Both the position numbers and the translations under genes were made by a program. A DNA stretch of 64,000 nt from Candidatus Uhrbacteria bacterium. Its GTDB lineage: Bacteria; Patescibacteriota; Patescibacteriia; JACQRZ01. Below are positions 1 through 9,876 of this stretch, one piece after another. Under the pieces are notes generated by a model that was not told where the DNA came from, searched no databases, and was given only the letters and a program-made list of their open reading frames with translations. The first letter of the stretch is position 1; each line of letters starts with the position of its first letter. Location of the stretch: assembly GCA_016206155.1 (NCBI GenBank), contig JACQSC010000004.1, positions 7,450 to 71,449 on the forward strand. Direction: 5' to 3'.

Positions 1-146
1 GACGCCAGACACATCGCATTAGGCGCGGACGTTATACGCAATTCAAAAAATATTTTTGTAAAAATTGAATTTTTGATAGGCTTTTTAAAAAAGGGGAATT
101 AAGATTTTTTTGCTCGGCTACGAAAACCATTAATAGATAGATAAAT

Positions 147-201
147 TTGACCGTATTCCTTAATATGGTATACTGTAAATAATCAGCTAAACCATATTAA
201 G
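147..201 (+). promoter_or_regulatory. sigma70-like promoter with flanking inverted-repeat operator for the Fic gene
   Basis: TTGACC(147-152)-N16-TATACT(169-174); inverted repeat CTTAATATGGT(159-169)/ACCATATTAAG(191-201). Confidence 0.55.
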
Positions 202-211
202 CATTACTCTT

Positions 212-634
212 ATGTATCTGTCCTCGATCATAAAAATACGCCTGGAAGAAAAGCTGATCAAGCTCAACAAACTTCGCCCGCATCCAAAATCAGCGGTACA
301 AAAATTGCGGGAAAAGTTTCAGATTGAAATGACCTACAACTCAAATGCCATTGAAGGCAACTCTTTGACGTTACGGGAGACTTTTTTGGTTATTAACGAA
401 GGTATTACAATCAAGGGTAAACCTCTTAAAGATCATTTGGAAGCAAAAGATCATCATGCTGCGCTCGAATATCTATATGACTTGATCGATAAAGATAAAA
501 AACACACTGTTTCTGAAATGCTCATAAAAAATTTGCATCAAATTATTTTACAAGAAACCGATAGAGAGTGGGCGGGGAGATATCGGAATGCCAATGTCAT
601 TATTGGCGGAGCCAAACATACGCCACCAGACTAA
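212..634 (+). pseudogene. Fic/DOC family protein, C-terminally truncated
   Basis: Has TYNSNAIEGN inhibitory helix and GRYR..V.I..HTPP segment, but stops before the HPFxDGNGR catalytic motif. Confidence 0.75.
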
Positions 635-673
635 CAGCAGAAAATCTGCTAGTCTAGAGCCTAAATAATCTGT

Positions 674-937
674 ATGGTCAAAGCAATCGTGAGCGATTTT
701 TCAAGAGTAGTATTGCTTCCCCTGAACCACCAGTATACCGGGGGATTGAATGCGCTCTATCGAGATCTCAAGAGCCAGGATCAGCTTGATTTTTGGAAGT
801 ATTTTCAGCTGAACAGGGCTTTGCTTGAATGGTATAAAAAGATCGGCGAGCAGGTTGATATCTATCTCTTTACTGCCGAATATATTCAAGAGGATCTGGC
901 GGTACGGTACGAACTCACTGAGCTATACGAGACATGA
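674..937 (+). pseudogene. HAD-superfamily hydrolase N-terminal fragment
   Basis: KAIVSDFSRVVL resembles HAD motif I; only 87 aa, lacks motifs III/IV. Confidence 0.4.
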
Positions 938-980
938 ATAAAGTTTTAGAATAGGCGAGAATTGACGCCGGTGCAGCCTA

Positions 981-1484
981 TCAAAGCTTCGGAACATGAT
1001 AGAGCTTTTTGGTGCGGTCTACAAAAAGAATACCGTCGAGGTGGTCAATCTCGTGCTGAAGGCAGCGTGCAAGCAGTCCTGACGCTTGAACCGTTTTCTT
1101 CGCACCTTCGCGGTCACTGTACGCAACTGTGACGGACTTCCACCGGCGCACCACGCCAAAGATTTCTGGCACAGAAAGACAGCCCTCCTCTCCATCTTCC
1201 TTGAAGAGGGAGTGACGGACGATAACGGGGTTGATAATAACAAGCGCATCATTTTTTTTCTCTCGATACTCCTCAAAACGCTCAGGGTATGGACAGAGCA
1301 CTGAAATGCGATATGAGCGATTGACCTGCGGCGCGGCAAGGCCAATCCCGTCTTTCTCATACATCGTCACAATCATGTCGTCGATAAGTTTTTGAACCGC
1401 GGGATCATCCGCCCTGGCAGCCTCTGCCGTGCGTGTGCGTAGAACGGAGTTTTTGTCGCGAAGGGTAACAATAGGGAGCATCAT
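981..1484 (-). CDS. def: peptide deformylase
   Basis: GIGLAAPQV, EGCLSVP and QHEIDHLDG motifs. Confidence 0.97.
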   Translation of the reverse strand: MMLPIVTLRDKNSVLRTRTAEAARADDPAVQKLIDDMIVTMYEKDGIGLAAPQVNRSYRISVLCPYPERFEEYREKKNDALVIINPVIVRHSLFKEDGEEGCLSVPEIFGVVRRWKSVTVAYSDREGAKKTVQASGLLARCLQHEIDHLDGILFVDRTKKLYHVPKL

Positions 1485-1513
1485 ATATGAAAAGTGATAA
1501 CCGGTGATGTATG

Positions 1514-3382
1514 TTACAAGATCACTGGGTCAATGTCAACGAGCCACCCATAGGGAAGCGATCTGAGATAGCTCTGGAGTTCTTCGGGGAGCTCTGCGTT
1601 GAGAATCGTTTTTTGAGGAATTGAGAATACAATCATGGAATCGGTTTTGGAGCGTATGGTTGCGCCGAGTGTGACACAGCGGTCAGCAATGACAATGGAT
1701 GAGATCGGATCTCCTGAAATAAGTGCATGCGGCGATAATGAAACGATATGACGTCCTGGATATGGGGGGAGATCCGACCTTTGAAGACGGAGGCGAAAGA
1801 GGCGGGTTGAAGGAGGCCACTGGTGGGCGGCACGCTCAGTAAGCGCTCCTCGCGCATAGTCATCATAGTTGCCCGAATGAAGCGCCTTCATATACCTCGC
1901 ATCGGGAGAAAAAGTTTGAACAAGAAATTTTGCATTGCATAATTTCGCAAGACGCATAAACTCGAACAACAACTGTACATGCCGCTCCTCTGATCGAAAG
2001 TCAGAAAGGGTCAGAGTCGGATCACCGGAAAGCACGCCAATGCACCCGATAGAACGAAAGGCCTCCGGACATGCGCGCAGGAGATACGACGTGCCGACAA
2101 TAATAGCGTTATGAAGTTCTGGCACGCCAGTACCGCTATGGAGCCGTTTGAGGATGTCTTGCGGATGCTTCTGCTGCGTGAACTCAAGAACGCGGGAGTC
2201 AGGAAACTCCTTCTTGACCAATTCGGCGATTTTTTCCGTTCCCAGTGCAATAAAATGAAAGCGCACCGATTGGCATGCGGGACAGCGCGACGGCAGTATT
2301 TCATCGGCGTTGCACTGGGTGCAGATAAGACGCGATTGAGCGGCGCGCGCAGGCGCATCGCATTGCGCGCATGAGAAGACATGCCCGCAGTCACGGCAGG
2401 TGATCATCCTGCTCGCGCCCGTTCGATTCACAAAAAGAAACGCGCCACGTTTCTGTGCGAGGCTCTCGCGCACTGAATCAATTAATTGTTCGCTGATGTA
2501 CCCGCGTCCCGTTGCGCGAATTTCATCGCGCATATTGATAATGGTCGCAGTACATTCGCATGGTTTCCGTTTTGAAAGAAAAAATTCCTCAAGACGGGGC
2601 GTATCACTTGCATAGACCAATGGGCATCCTGTCCGTGTATGGATGTCAAGCGCAACAGCACGCACGTCAAAGCGTGGATTGAGGTCGTACTGATTGTGTT
2701 CATTTCGCTCGGCAGAATCGACAATCAGCGCACCAAGATTATGGAGAGGGACGCAGGCGCCGGCGCGTGTCGCGATGATACAATGCGGCGTTCTGTCAAA
2801 GAGCGATGACCATCGCGAGAATAGCAAACCTGCGGAAAGGTCGCTATGCATGACTGTCACAGCATCACCAGCCGCAGCGCGCGCATGCGGCTCAAGAAGC
2901 GCGGCCTCGTGAATTGTTGGAACACATATCAGAATGTTCTTTTTTTTCTTGAGCGTTTTTTTTATGAGTGCGCAGTGGTCGCGGTACCGCTCTCCTAAAA
3001 AAGATTCATGAAGCACGGAAGGAAGTGTTCGTTGCTTGCGCAGAACACCTGTTGAGAGATAGGAACGAGGAAAATCCGGAAGCAAAGCCTTGAGGGCCGT
3101 GGCACGCGAGATGCAATAGTGGCGTGCGAACCACTCGAAATGTGCGCGTTGCATATTCCACGCCATATAGCGCAATGGCAACGTGCGTGTGATCGGTTTA
3201 AGCGTCTCTGCGCGCGCTTCATCTACGCTCCAAACAAGACCTGCGATTGTTTTCTTGCGAAATGGTATTGTAACAAACGTCCCCGGAAGGCACGCGTCGC
3301 GCATATCGTCTGGAATCGAGTAGTCAAAAAGAGCGAGATTACGCGGAAGGCGTGTGATTGGAACAATGCGCGCGCTTTTCAT
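1514..3382 (-). CDS. priA: primosomal protein N' (degenerate helicase motifs)
   Basis: N-terminal FDYSIP..V.IPF 3'-DNA-binding domain, four CxxC zinc pairs, GTEKI motif; Walker A and DExH degenerate. Confidence 0.88.
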   Translation of the reverse strand: MKSARIVPITRLPRNLALFDYSIPDDMRDACLPGTFVTIPFRKKTIAGLVWSVDEARAETLKPITRTLPLRYMAWNMQRAHFEWFARHYCISRATALKALLPDFPRSYLSTGVLRKQRTLPSVLHESFLGERYRDHCALIKKTLKKKKNILICVPTIHEAALLEPHARAAAGDAVTVMHSDLSAGLLFSRWSSLFDRTPHCIIATRAGACVPLHNLGALIVDSAERNEHNQYDLNPRFDVRAVALDIHTRTGCPLVYASDTPRLEEFFLSKRKPCECTATIINMRDEIRATGRGYISEQLIDSVRESLAQKRGAFLFVNRTGASRMITCRDCGHVFSCAQCDAPARAAQSRLICTQCNADEILPSRCPACQSVRFHFIALGTEKIAELVKKEFPDSRVLEFTQQKHPQDILKRLHSGTGVPELHNAIIVGTSYLLRACPEAFRSIGCIGVLSGDPTLTLSDFRSEERHVQLLFEFMRLAKLCNAKFLVQTFSPDARYMKALHSGNYDDYARGALTERAAHQWPPSTRLFRLRLQRSDLPPYPGRHIVSLSPHALISGDPISSIVIADRCVTLGATIRSKTDSMIVFSIPQKTILNAELPEELQSYLRSLPYGWLVDIDPVIL

Positions 3383-4170
3383 ACCCGATACTCAAGCACC
3401 GTATAACCGACTCCAAACGGAGCTTCATATGAGAGAAGGTGCGTGTTCCATGAAAGAGAATCAAGGATTCCGCGTAGAACAATGCTGGGCTGCACTGCAC
3501 AGGCGTTCAGCCTCCGAACATCCTCTCTTTTTATCGAAAGCAGCGCGTCGGGAGCTTTTTTTCGCAATGCATCGATAAACATGTAGTCGAAAGGAAGACA
3601 TATTTTTTCATGTTCCTCTTTCTTTCCCTTTTTAACGCAATGCGCGCAGTCACCGGCCGCTAGACAGATGATGCGCTTTGCCGACCTCTGAAGCGTGCTC
3701 GTGAGCGCGCACCCGAAGGCAAATAAAGCGCGTGTATCAGTATCAGGGGGTTGAACAATGACGACCTTTATTGGAAGCCCCTCAAAAAGCGTGAGTAACG
3801 GGATGCCTGCAGTGTATTCCGGATAGTCGTTGCTGATAAGAGCAAGGGAGATATGCGCGTCACGTATATTGCCCTTGATTTCGGTGCCGAGCACCGTATC
3901 ACAGGCGAATGAACCCTTTGTTACGAGATCGCCGAACTTGCTTACATCGACACAATACTGCTGCGCCAGCTGGAGCTCGAAAACGGTTCGCCGGCGTCGC
4001 CCTTGTTCAGGCGTTTTAATTAACACGACGGTATCAACACCAAGATTGGCGCATGACGCTTTGAGCGTGGCCAATCCTTCAAGCGTCTTTACAAGCATGT
4101 CGTGAGCATCTTTTCCAATTGATGGGAGAAGGAGTGGAGAGTGCGGAATGAGGGCAGCAGAGACAATCAT
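3379..4170 (-). CDS. MEMO1/LigB-fold protein (AmmeMemoRadiSam protein B-like)
   Basis: PHSPLLLPSIG N-terminus, GDCAH, C-terminal SYEAPFGVGY. Confidence 0.75.
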   Translation of the reverse strand: MIVSAALIPHSPLLLPSIGKDAHDMLVKTLEGLATLKASCANLGVDTVVLIKTPEQGRRRRTVFELQLAQQYCVDVSKFGDLVTKGSFACDTVLGTEIKGNIRDAHISLALISNDYPEYTAGIPLLTLFEGLPIKVVIVQPPDTDTRALFAFGCALTSTLQRSAKRIICLAAGDCAHCVKKGKKEEHEKICLPFDYMFIDALRKKAPDALLSIKREDVRRLNACAVQPSIVLRGILDSLSWNTHLLSYEAPFGVGYTVLEYRV

Positions 4171-4173
4171 AAT

Positions 4174-4210
4174 GGCAGGGTACAGGGTTTAGGGTACAGG
4201 GTTTAGGGTT
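4174..4210 (-). repeat. telomere-like heptamer array A (CCCTAAA/CCCTGTA on mRNA strand)
   Basis: + strand GGCAGGG TACAGGG TTTAGGG TACAGGG TTTAGGG; spans the stop of 4189..5613 and ends 3 nt before the next ATG. Confidence 0.85.
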
Positions 4211-5613
4211 CCTGTTTGAGCAATGCCTGTCGTTGGATCTGTATACTCTTGCTCGATAATGCGGCCAATATCGACCGGCGCGCCGAGTGGGTGCAGTGCA
4301 AGCGTTGCGCCAGTCGTTGACATGACTTGATTCCACGAAAAACCCAAAGCGGTAAACGCCTCCTCTGATACGAACTGGCGCTTCTGGCCGTGTGAGATGA
4401 TGTAGACGGTCGGATCGCCATCTGATTTTATAAGCGAGCCGTCGGAAAAAAGCATTGGCGCACCGAGCGGAACCGCATCAAGCGCTCCCTTGCGATCGGG
4501 GCGTATCGGCATGCGCGCAAAGTTTGCCTGGAGGAGTGCGCGTTCAAGCAAGGGGCGCTTGATCCCGCCGGAGAGCGCAAACACTCCGCCGGTACGGACA
4601 TCCTGGACAAGCTCCTCCATTGGTGACTGTTTTTTTGACAGGATTCCTTTTGTTGGAATCTCGTCAAGATCGTGGTCGTTGACCCGAACTATCTCGTCGG
4701 GATTGAATCCGATGCTTCGAAAGACATCTCGCGACGGGATAATATACTTTCCATCATCCGCGATCAAAAACACACCGCCGCTTGGCACCTGCAGAAGAGA
4801 GTATTGCATAAAACGGAGTGGCATTCCTTCGGTATATGTGTCCAGACTCCCGCGGGTAACCGTGACAAGATTTTTTTCAGAAAAGCGAGAGCGAAGCACG
4901 CTCATGGATGTAATTTTTCGTTTTTTTCCATCCTGAATGAGCCAGATATCCGAGGATTCATTTTCTTTTACCAGCATGCCGTCAGGAAATACTTTGCCGA
5001 AATAACTCTGCCAGAGCTTCCAGAAGCTGAAGTTGCCGCGCAGGTGGGGAGTGTAGTTATAGAGTGCGGCGGTCGCGTTGTTGCGGGGAATGAGGGACAC
5101 ACCGTCAACGATCGCTTGAGCGCCGGCGCGATAATTAAACTCGTTCGCGTTCGTAATGTAATACTTGCTGCGCCATGCCGCTTTTTCCACCTGAGTCGCA
5201 AATCCTTTATATGCGGCGATGGCAGGATCGGTCGGAGCGCAGCTGTCACAGCGCGCAAAGCCCGTCGCCCAATCATAGTTGTATGGTGTCGGATGTTGAT
5301 TTTCTATAAGGCTCTGTTCTTTTTGCAGCAAGACAAGAAGCACCTTCGGGTTCAGGCCATTGGTTGTCGCCGATTCCCAGATGACATCAGACGCTCTCTT
5401 GTTCTCGCCGCGGTGTGTCACAACCGTATACGTTGCAAGAGTTGATTGCTTTCGCTCAAGGAATGACTGCACCTCTGCGCGGCTCATATCCTCGTGATGA
5501 AAAAAATCCGCATCGGGAATAATGTCCTCGGGGTTAAACGAAAGACTCCACGCGTTTGGCACAGCACTTGCAAAAACGGTGGCACTAATGAGCAACAAGA
5601 GTATGGTACGCAT
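4189..5613 (-). CDS. secreted protein, putative lysozyme-like N-terminal domain plus repeated CPR beta modules
   Basis: Signal peptide; NPKVLLVLLQKEQSL and ATAALYNYTPH motifs; about 4 repeats of type DG.LVK....VYLI..GKKR. Confidence 0.6.
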   Translation of the reverse strand: MRTILLLLISATVFASAVPNAWSLSFNPEDIIPDADFFHHEDMSRAEVQSFLERKQSTLATYTVVTHRGENKRASDVIWESATTNGLNPKVLLVLLQKEQSLIENQHPTPYNYDWATGFARCDSCAPTDPAIAAYKGFATQVEKAAWRSKYYITNANEFNYRAGAQAIVDGVSLIPRNNATAALYNYTPHLRGNFSFWKLWQSYFGKVFPDGMLVKENESSDIWLIQDGKKRKITSMSVLRSRFSEKNLVTVTRGSLDTYTEGMPLRFMQYSLLQVPSGGVFLIADDGKYIIPSRDVFRSIGFNPDEIVRVNDHDLDEIPTKGILSKKQSPMEELVQDVRTGGVFALSGGIKRPLLERALLQANFARMPIRPDRKGALDAVPLGAPMLFSDGSLIKSDGDPTVYIISHGQKRQFVSEEAFTALGFSWNQVMSTTGATLALHPLGAPVDIGRIIEQEYTDPTTGIAQTGTLNPVP

Positions 5614-5623
5614 TCAATAATGG

Positions 5624-8275
5624 TTATGTCGCAGCGGTCGCGGCGGCAAGTTCTTTTGCGTTTGCAATGATGATCGTTTCATCCTTGGCATCGATTTGGA
5701 CGGTGTCGCCCTCCTTTACGCTGCCATCGACGATCTTGAGCGCAAGTTCATTGAGGATACAGTTTTGGACCGCGCGCTTAAGCGGGCGGGCGCCATAGAG
5801 CGGATCGTAGCCGCGTTTTGCCAGAAAATTGACAAGCGCTTCGGTAAATTCAACGGTGATATCCTGCTTTGTCAGGCGTTCGCGCACCTCTTCAAGCTGA
5901 AGCGCAACGATATGCTGTATCTGTTTTTCCGAGAGGGGATGAAAGATGATGATTTCTGTAATGCGATTGAGAAACTCCGGCTTGAAGTGTTTATGGAGCA
6001 CATCCATGATCTTGTCTCGCATTTCATCTTCATCGATGATCTTTGATGCGCGCTCCCCGGAAGAAAAGCCCAATGACGCCTGGCGTAAAAGATCTCCGCC
6101 AAGATTCGACGTCATGATGATAATGGTGTTCTTAAAGTTCACTTTTCGTCCTTTCGCGTCGGTAATATGTCCGTCGTCAAGAATTTGCAGAAGCACGTTA
6201 AATATCTCGGGATGCGCTTTTTCAATTTCATCAAAGAGGATTACGCTGTAGGGCTTGCGGCGGATTTTTTCCGTAAGCTGTCCGCCTTCATCATAGCCGA
6301 CATAGCCAGGGGGGGAACCGATCAGGCGAGAGACGGAATGCTTCTCGCCAAACTCGCTCATGTCGACGCGAATCAATGCTTGTTCGTCGTTGAACATAAA
6401 CTCCGCAAGACTCTTTGCCAGTTTTGTTTTTCCAACGCCGGTCGGACCGATGAAGAGGAATGAGCCGATGGGCTGCTGCTCTTCGGAAAGTCCTGCGCGC
6501 GATCGGCGCAATGCGTTGGCAACCGCCAGGATTGCTTCCTGTTGTCCGACAACTCGCTGTGAAAGAATGTCCTCTGCAGTTTTGAGCTTTTCAGCCTCGC
6601 TTTGAAGAATTTTCATAGCCGGAATGCCTGTCCATCGCGCAATGACCGCAGCGATCTCTTCCTCGGTAACTTCTTCTTTAAGGAAGCGGTGCTTTCGCTG
6701 AAGCGCGGTGAGGCGCTGCATCGTCTTTTTTAAGTCCTTCTCCATCTGGGGAATGATGACGTGGCGGATCTCCGCGACGCGTTGAATATCGACGCGCCTC
6801 TCGGCAATATCTTCTTCTTGTTTGAGTTTATCTATTTTTTTTCTGATGTCGCGGATTTCGGTAATCAACTCTTTTTCGTTTTTCCAGTCGATCTCGAGCT
6901 TCTGCGCCTGCTCTTTGGTCTCGGCAAGTTCTTTTTCAAGCTCCTTCAGGCGCGCCTTTGCATGTTTATCCGATTCTTTGGAAAGCGCCTGTTTTTCAAT
7001 CTCCAGCTTCAGGATCGTTCGTTTGAGCCGGTCGAGTTCGACGGGTTGGCTGTCGATTTGAAGCCGGATTGCCGATGTCGCTTCATCAATGCAATCAATT
7101 GCCTTATCCGGCAGAAAGCGGTCAGCAATATATCGATGAGAGAGGTGAGTGGCAGCAACAATAGCCGCATCGGTAATACGGACTCCGTGATGAATTTCGT
7201 ATTTTTCCTTGATACCGCGCAGAATGGCGACGGTATCGTCAACCGTCGGCTCGACAACGAGTACGGGCTGGAAGCGGCGCTCAAACGCGGCATCCCGTTC
7301 AATATATTTCTGATATTCCTTCAGCGTCGTCGCGCCGATGGTCCGCAGCTCACCGCGCGCCAGGGCGGGTTTAAGCATATTTGATGCGTCAATTGCGCCT
7401 TCAGCGCCTCCCGCTCCCACTACGGTATGCAGCTCATCGACAAACAGGATCACCTGGCCGTTCTTGCTTGTGATTTCTTTGAGCACCGCTTTAAGGCGAT
7501 CCTCAAAGTCTCCACGGAATTTTGTTCCCGCAACAAGCGACCCCATGTCAAGCGCAAGAATCTCTTTCTCCTTCAGCGATTCGGGGACGTCGCCGGAAAC
7601 AATGCGCTGGGCAAGCCCCTCAACAATGGCGGTTTTTCCAACACCCGCCTCACCGATAAGAACGGGATTATTTTTCGTCCTGCGCGAAAGCACCTGAATG
7701 ACGCGGCGGATTTCCTCATCGCGTCCGATCACGGGATCAAGTTTTTCGTGGCGCGCTTGATCCGTAAGATTCACTGCATATTTACTGAGCGCCTGGTATT
7801 TGCTCTCCGGATCAGGGTCGGTGACTTTTTGCGTTCCGCGTAACTGGGCAAGAATACGCAGGACAGCATCGTAGTCGATTTTATAAAGTTTAAGAATTTT
7901 TTCCGCCGGAGAGGGGGTTTGAATAAGCGCGAGAAAAAGGTGCTCGGTACTGATATACTCATCGCGAATATTTTTCGCCTCTTTCTCTGCTTGATTGAGA
8001 ATTTGCGCGATCTCCTTTGAGATATAGATCTGGGCGGTGCCCCCTCCTGAGACGTAGGGGATAAAGCGAAGCTCTTCCTCGAGCTCCTGTTCAAGGGTTG
8101 TAACAGGTATCTCGAGTTTTTGCAGAAGACCCGAAACAATGCCTTCTTGTTGGCGGACGAGAGAGAGAAGAAGATGGAGCGAGGTGATTTCTTGATGGTT
8201 GCGTTCGGCGGTTAGCTTGTGCGCATGTTGAAGCGCTTCCTGCGCCCGGGTCGTAAAGTTATTATTTTCCGGCAT
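5624..8275 (-). CDS. clpB: ATP-dependent chaperone ClpB
   Basis: Clp N domain, two AAA+ modules ([16 protein letters not shown]), long coiled-coil middle domain, 883 aa. Confidence 0.95.
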   Translation of the reverse strand: MPENNNFTTRAQEALQHAHKLTAERNHQEITSLHLLLSLVRQQEGIVSGLLQKLEIPVTTLEQELEEELRFIPYVSGGGTAQIYISKEIAQILNQAEKEAKNIRDEYISTEHLFLALIQTPSPAEKILKLYKIDYDAVLRILAQLRGTQKVTDPDPESKYQALSKYAVNLTDQARHEKLDPVIGRDEEIRRVIQVLSRRTKNNPVLIGEAGVGKTAIVEGLAQRIVSGDVPESLKEKEILALDMGSLVAGTKFRGDFEDRLKAVLKEITSKNGQVILFVDELHTVVGAGGAEGAIDASNMLKPALARGELRTIGATTLKEYQKYIERDAAFERRFQPVLVVEPTVDDTVAILRGIKEKYEIHHGVRITDAAIVAATHLSHRYIADRFLPDKAIDCIDEATSAIRLQIDSQPVELDRLKRTILKLEIEKQALSKESDKHAKARLKELEKELAETKEQAQKLEIDWKNEKELITEIRDIRKKIDKLKQEEDIAERRVDIQRVAEIRHVIIPQMEKDLKKTMQRLTALQRKHRFLKEEVTEEEIAAVIARWTGIPAMKILQSEAEKLKTAEDILSQRVVGQQEAILAVANALRRSRAGLSEEQQPIGSFLFIGPTGVGKTKLAKSLAEFMFNDEQALIRVDMSEFGEKHSVSRLIGSPPGYVGYDEGGQLTEKIRRKPYSVILFDEIEKAHPEIFNVLLQILDDGHITDAKGRKVNFKNTIIIMTSNLGGDLLRQASLGFSSGERASKIIDEDEMRDKIMDVLHKHFKPEFLNRITEIIIFHPLSEKQIQHIVALQLEEVRERLTKQDITVEFTEALVNFLAKRGYDPLYGARPLKRAVQNCILNELALKIVDGSVKEGDTVQIDAKDETIIIANAKELAAATAAT

Positions 8276-8295
8276 GGCTCTCTAATACTATGGAA

Positions 8296-8322
8296 TTAGC
8301 AGTCCTATAATTTGAGTGCTAA
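8296..8322 (-). promoter_or_regulatory. CIRCE element (HrcA operator)
   Basis: TTAGCAGTC-N9-GAGTGCTAA, one mismatch to consensus, between promoter and clpB start. Confidence 0.9.
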
Positions 8323-8323
8323 T

Positions 8324-8351
8324 AGTATAGCCTTGGCGGCTATGATGTCAA
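8324..8351 (-). promoter_or_regulatory. sigma70 promoter of clpB
   Basis: Minus strand TTGACA-N16-TATACT directly upstream of CIRCE. Confidence 0.75.
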
Positions 8352-8443
8352 GTGCTTGCATATAGTATATCATATATCGTGTCCATTGAGAAGAAGGGTA
8401 CAACGACTTACGCATTCGGCGCATTTCTTCGTCGTGGGGATGG

Positions 8444-8472
8444 TTGAGTATTTGGTGATACATTGGTAGACT
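8444..8472 (+). promoter_or_regulatory. sigma70 promoter, near-leaderless
   Basis: TTGAGT-N17-TAGACT with TGn extension, 8 nt before ATG 8481. Confidence 0.5.
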
Positions 8473-8480
8473 GGAGCAAT

Positions 8481-9242
8481 ATGAGTGTTGAAATTATAGG
8501 GGTACGAATTGACCGTCTGCGGAGCGCGGATATAAGGGAACGATGTGCGGAGTGGCTTTTACAGAAAGAGCGGCGCCGCCTCCATCAGGTGGTTACGGTG
8601 AATCCCGAATTTATCATGGAGGCACAGAGGAATAGCGAATTTCGCAAGGCGCTCAATGCCGCCGCACTTTCCCTTGCTGACGGGATAGGCCTTTTTTTTG
8701 CCTCGTGGATATTGTACGGATGGCGTAGTCGCCTTTTTCGCGTTACTGGGGTTGATTTTACCTGGATGCTTGCCGAGCTGTGCGCGCAGAACGGATCTCG
8801 GGTCTATCTTCTTGGCGCGGGCGATGGGTTAGCGCATGCTGCGGCTGCAGTGCTTCAAAGGCGCTATCCGACCCTTGTGATCGCCGGTGCGGAAATGGGC
8901 ATTCCAAAAGTTGTTGCAAAAACAAGCGATTTGCTTGATAAAGAGCTCTGTGAGAAAATTTGCTCTGCGCGTCCCGACGTTCTCTTGGTTGCCTTTGGGG
9001 CGCCGCGGCAGGATCTTTGGATCGCGCACAACGCTTCGCGCATGGACGGGATAGCGATCGCCGTTGGCGTTGGCGGAACATTTGATTACCTTGCGGGTGC
9101 GGTTCCGTATGCGCCCAAGTGGGTAAGAAGTATTGGATTCGAATGGACGTATCGTCTTATGACCCAGCCCTACCGTTGGCGGCGCATCATTACGGCGGTC
9201 ATTCGTTTCCCCATTGCCGTTCTTCGCTCAAAGTTTTTTTGA
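8481..9242 (+). CDS. WecB/TagA/CpsF family glycosyltransferase
   Basis: VTVNPE, DGIG, RVTGVD, VAFGAPRQD, GVGGTFD, GFEW.YRL motifs. Confidence 0.92.
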   Translation: MSVEIIGVRIDRLRSADIRERCAEWLLQKERRRLHQVVTVNPEFIMEAQRNSEFRKALNAAALSLADGIGLFFASWILYGWRSRLFRVTGVDFTWMLAELCAQNGSRVYLLGAGDGLAHAAAAVLQRRYPTLVIAGAEMGIPKVVAKTSDLLDKELCEKICSARPDVLLVAFGAPRQDLWIAHNASRMDGIAIAVGVGGTFDYLAGAVPYAPKWVRSIGFEWTYRLMTQPYRWRRIITAVIRFPIAVLRSKFF

Positions 9243-9275
9243 CAAAAAGCAGAAAATGTGATACACTAGCAGTGT

Positions 9276-9515
9276 ATGAAGGAAATTTCACCAAATATTG
9301 TTATTGATCCACTGGTACGATTCGGAAAGCCGATCATCAAAGGAACAAGAATAACCGTTGAAGAAGCGCTTGGTTTTCTTCGGAGCGGGATGACGTACGA
9401 CGAAATATATCAAGAGTATGAACTGACCCCAGAACAACTGCGGTGTGTCATTGATTATGCAGCTGCGTTTGTTGCTGGCGAAAACGTTCAGCAATTCAGA
9501 ACCATGGAAGCATGA
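9276..9515 (+). CDS. DUF433 family antitoxin
   Basis: IVIDPLVRFGKPIIKGTRITV signature; promoter TTGACA-N17-TACACT at 9239-9267. Confidence 0.9.
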   Translation: MKEISPNIVIDPLVRFGKPIIKGTRITVEEALGFLRSGMTYDEIYQEYELTPEQLRCVIDYAAAFVAGENVQQFRTMEA

Positions 9516-9871
9516 TGTTTTTTATTGACAGCAACCTTCCTTACTCTGCAAAACAGGCGTTCCTTCAATACGGAAAAGCATTACACACACGAGATGTCGG
9601 CTTGAAAGATGCCCCAGATATAGTTGTGCACGCATATGCTGTTTCACAAAATGCGATTTTAGTAACGCAAGATTTAGAGTTTAGTAACCTAACCCTTTTT
9701 TCTTATCCAAGGGGAACAGGACTCATTATTTTGCGTATTCCTTCATTTTATCGGAAGCAGTACATTGAAAAGTTTATAGATACATTTCTTTCCGAACATG
9801 GCCGTAATGATTTTACGAACGCTGTTACTGTTGTGCAGCCGGGGTGGATTCGAAGACGGCCGATTGAATAA
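9512..9871 (+). CDS. DUF5615 PIN-like toxin
   Basis: FFIDSNLP...D..V...A....ILVTQDLEF PIN pattern, ATGA overlap with DUF433 gene. Confidence 0.85.
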   Translation: MMFFIDSNLPYSAKQAFLQYGKALHTRDVGLKDAPDIVVHAYAVSQNAILVTQDLEFSNLTLFSYPRGTGLIILRIPSFYRKQYIEKFIDTFLSEHGRNDFTNAVTVVQPGWIRRRPIE

Positions 9872-9876
9872 TTTTT

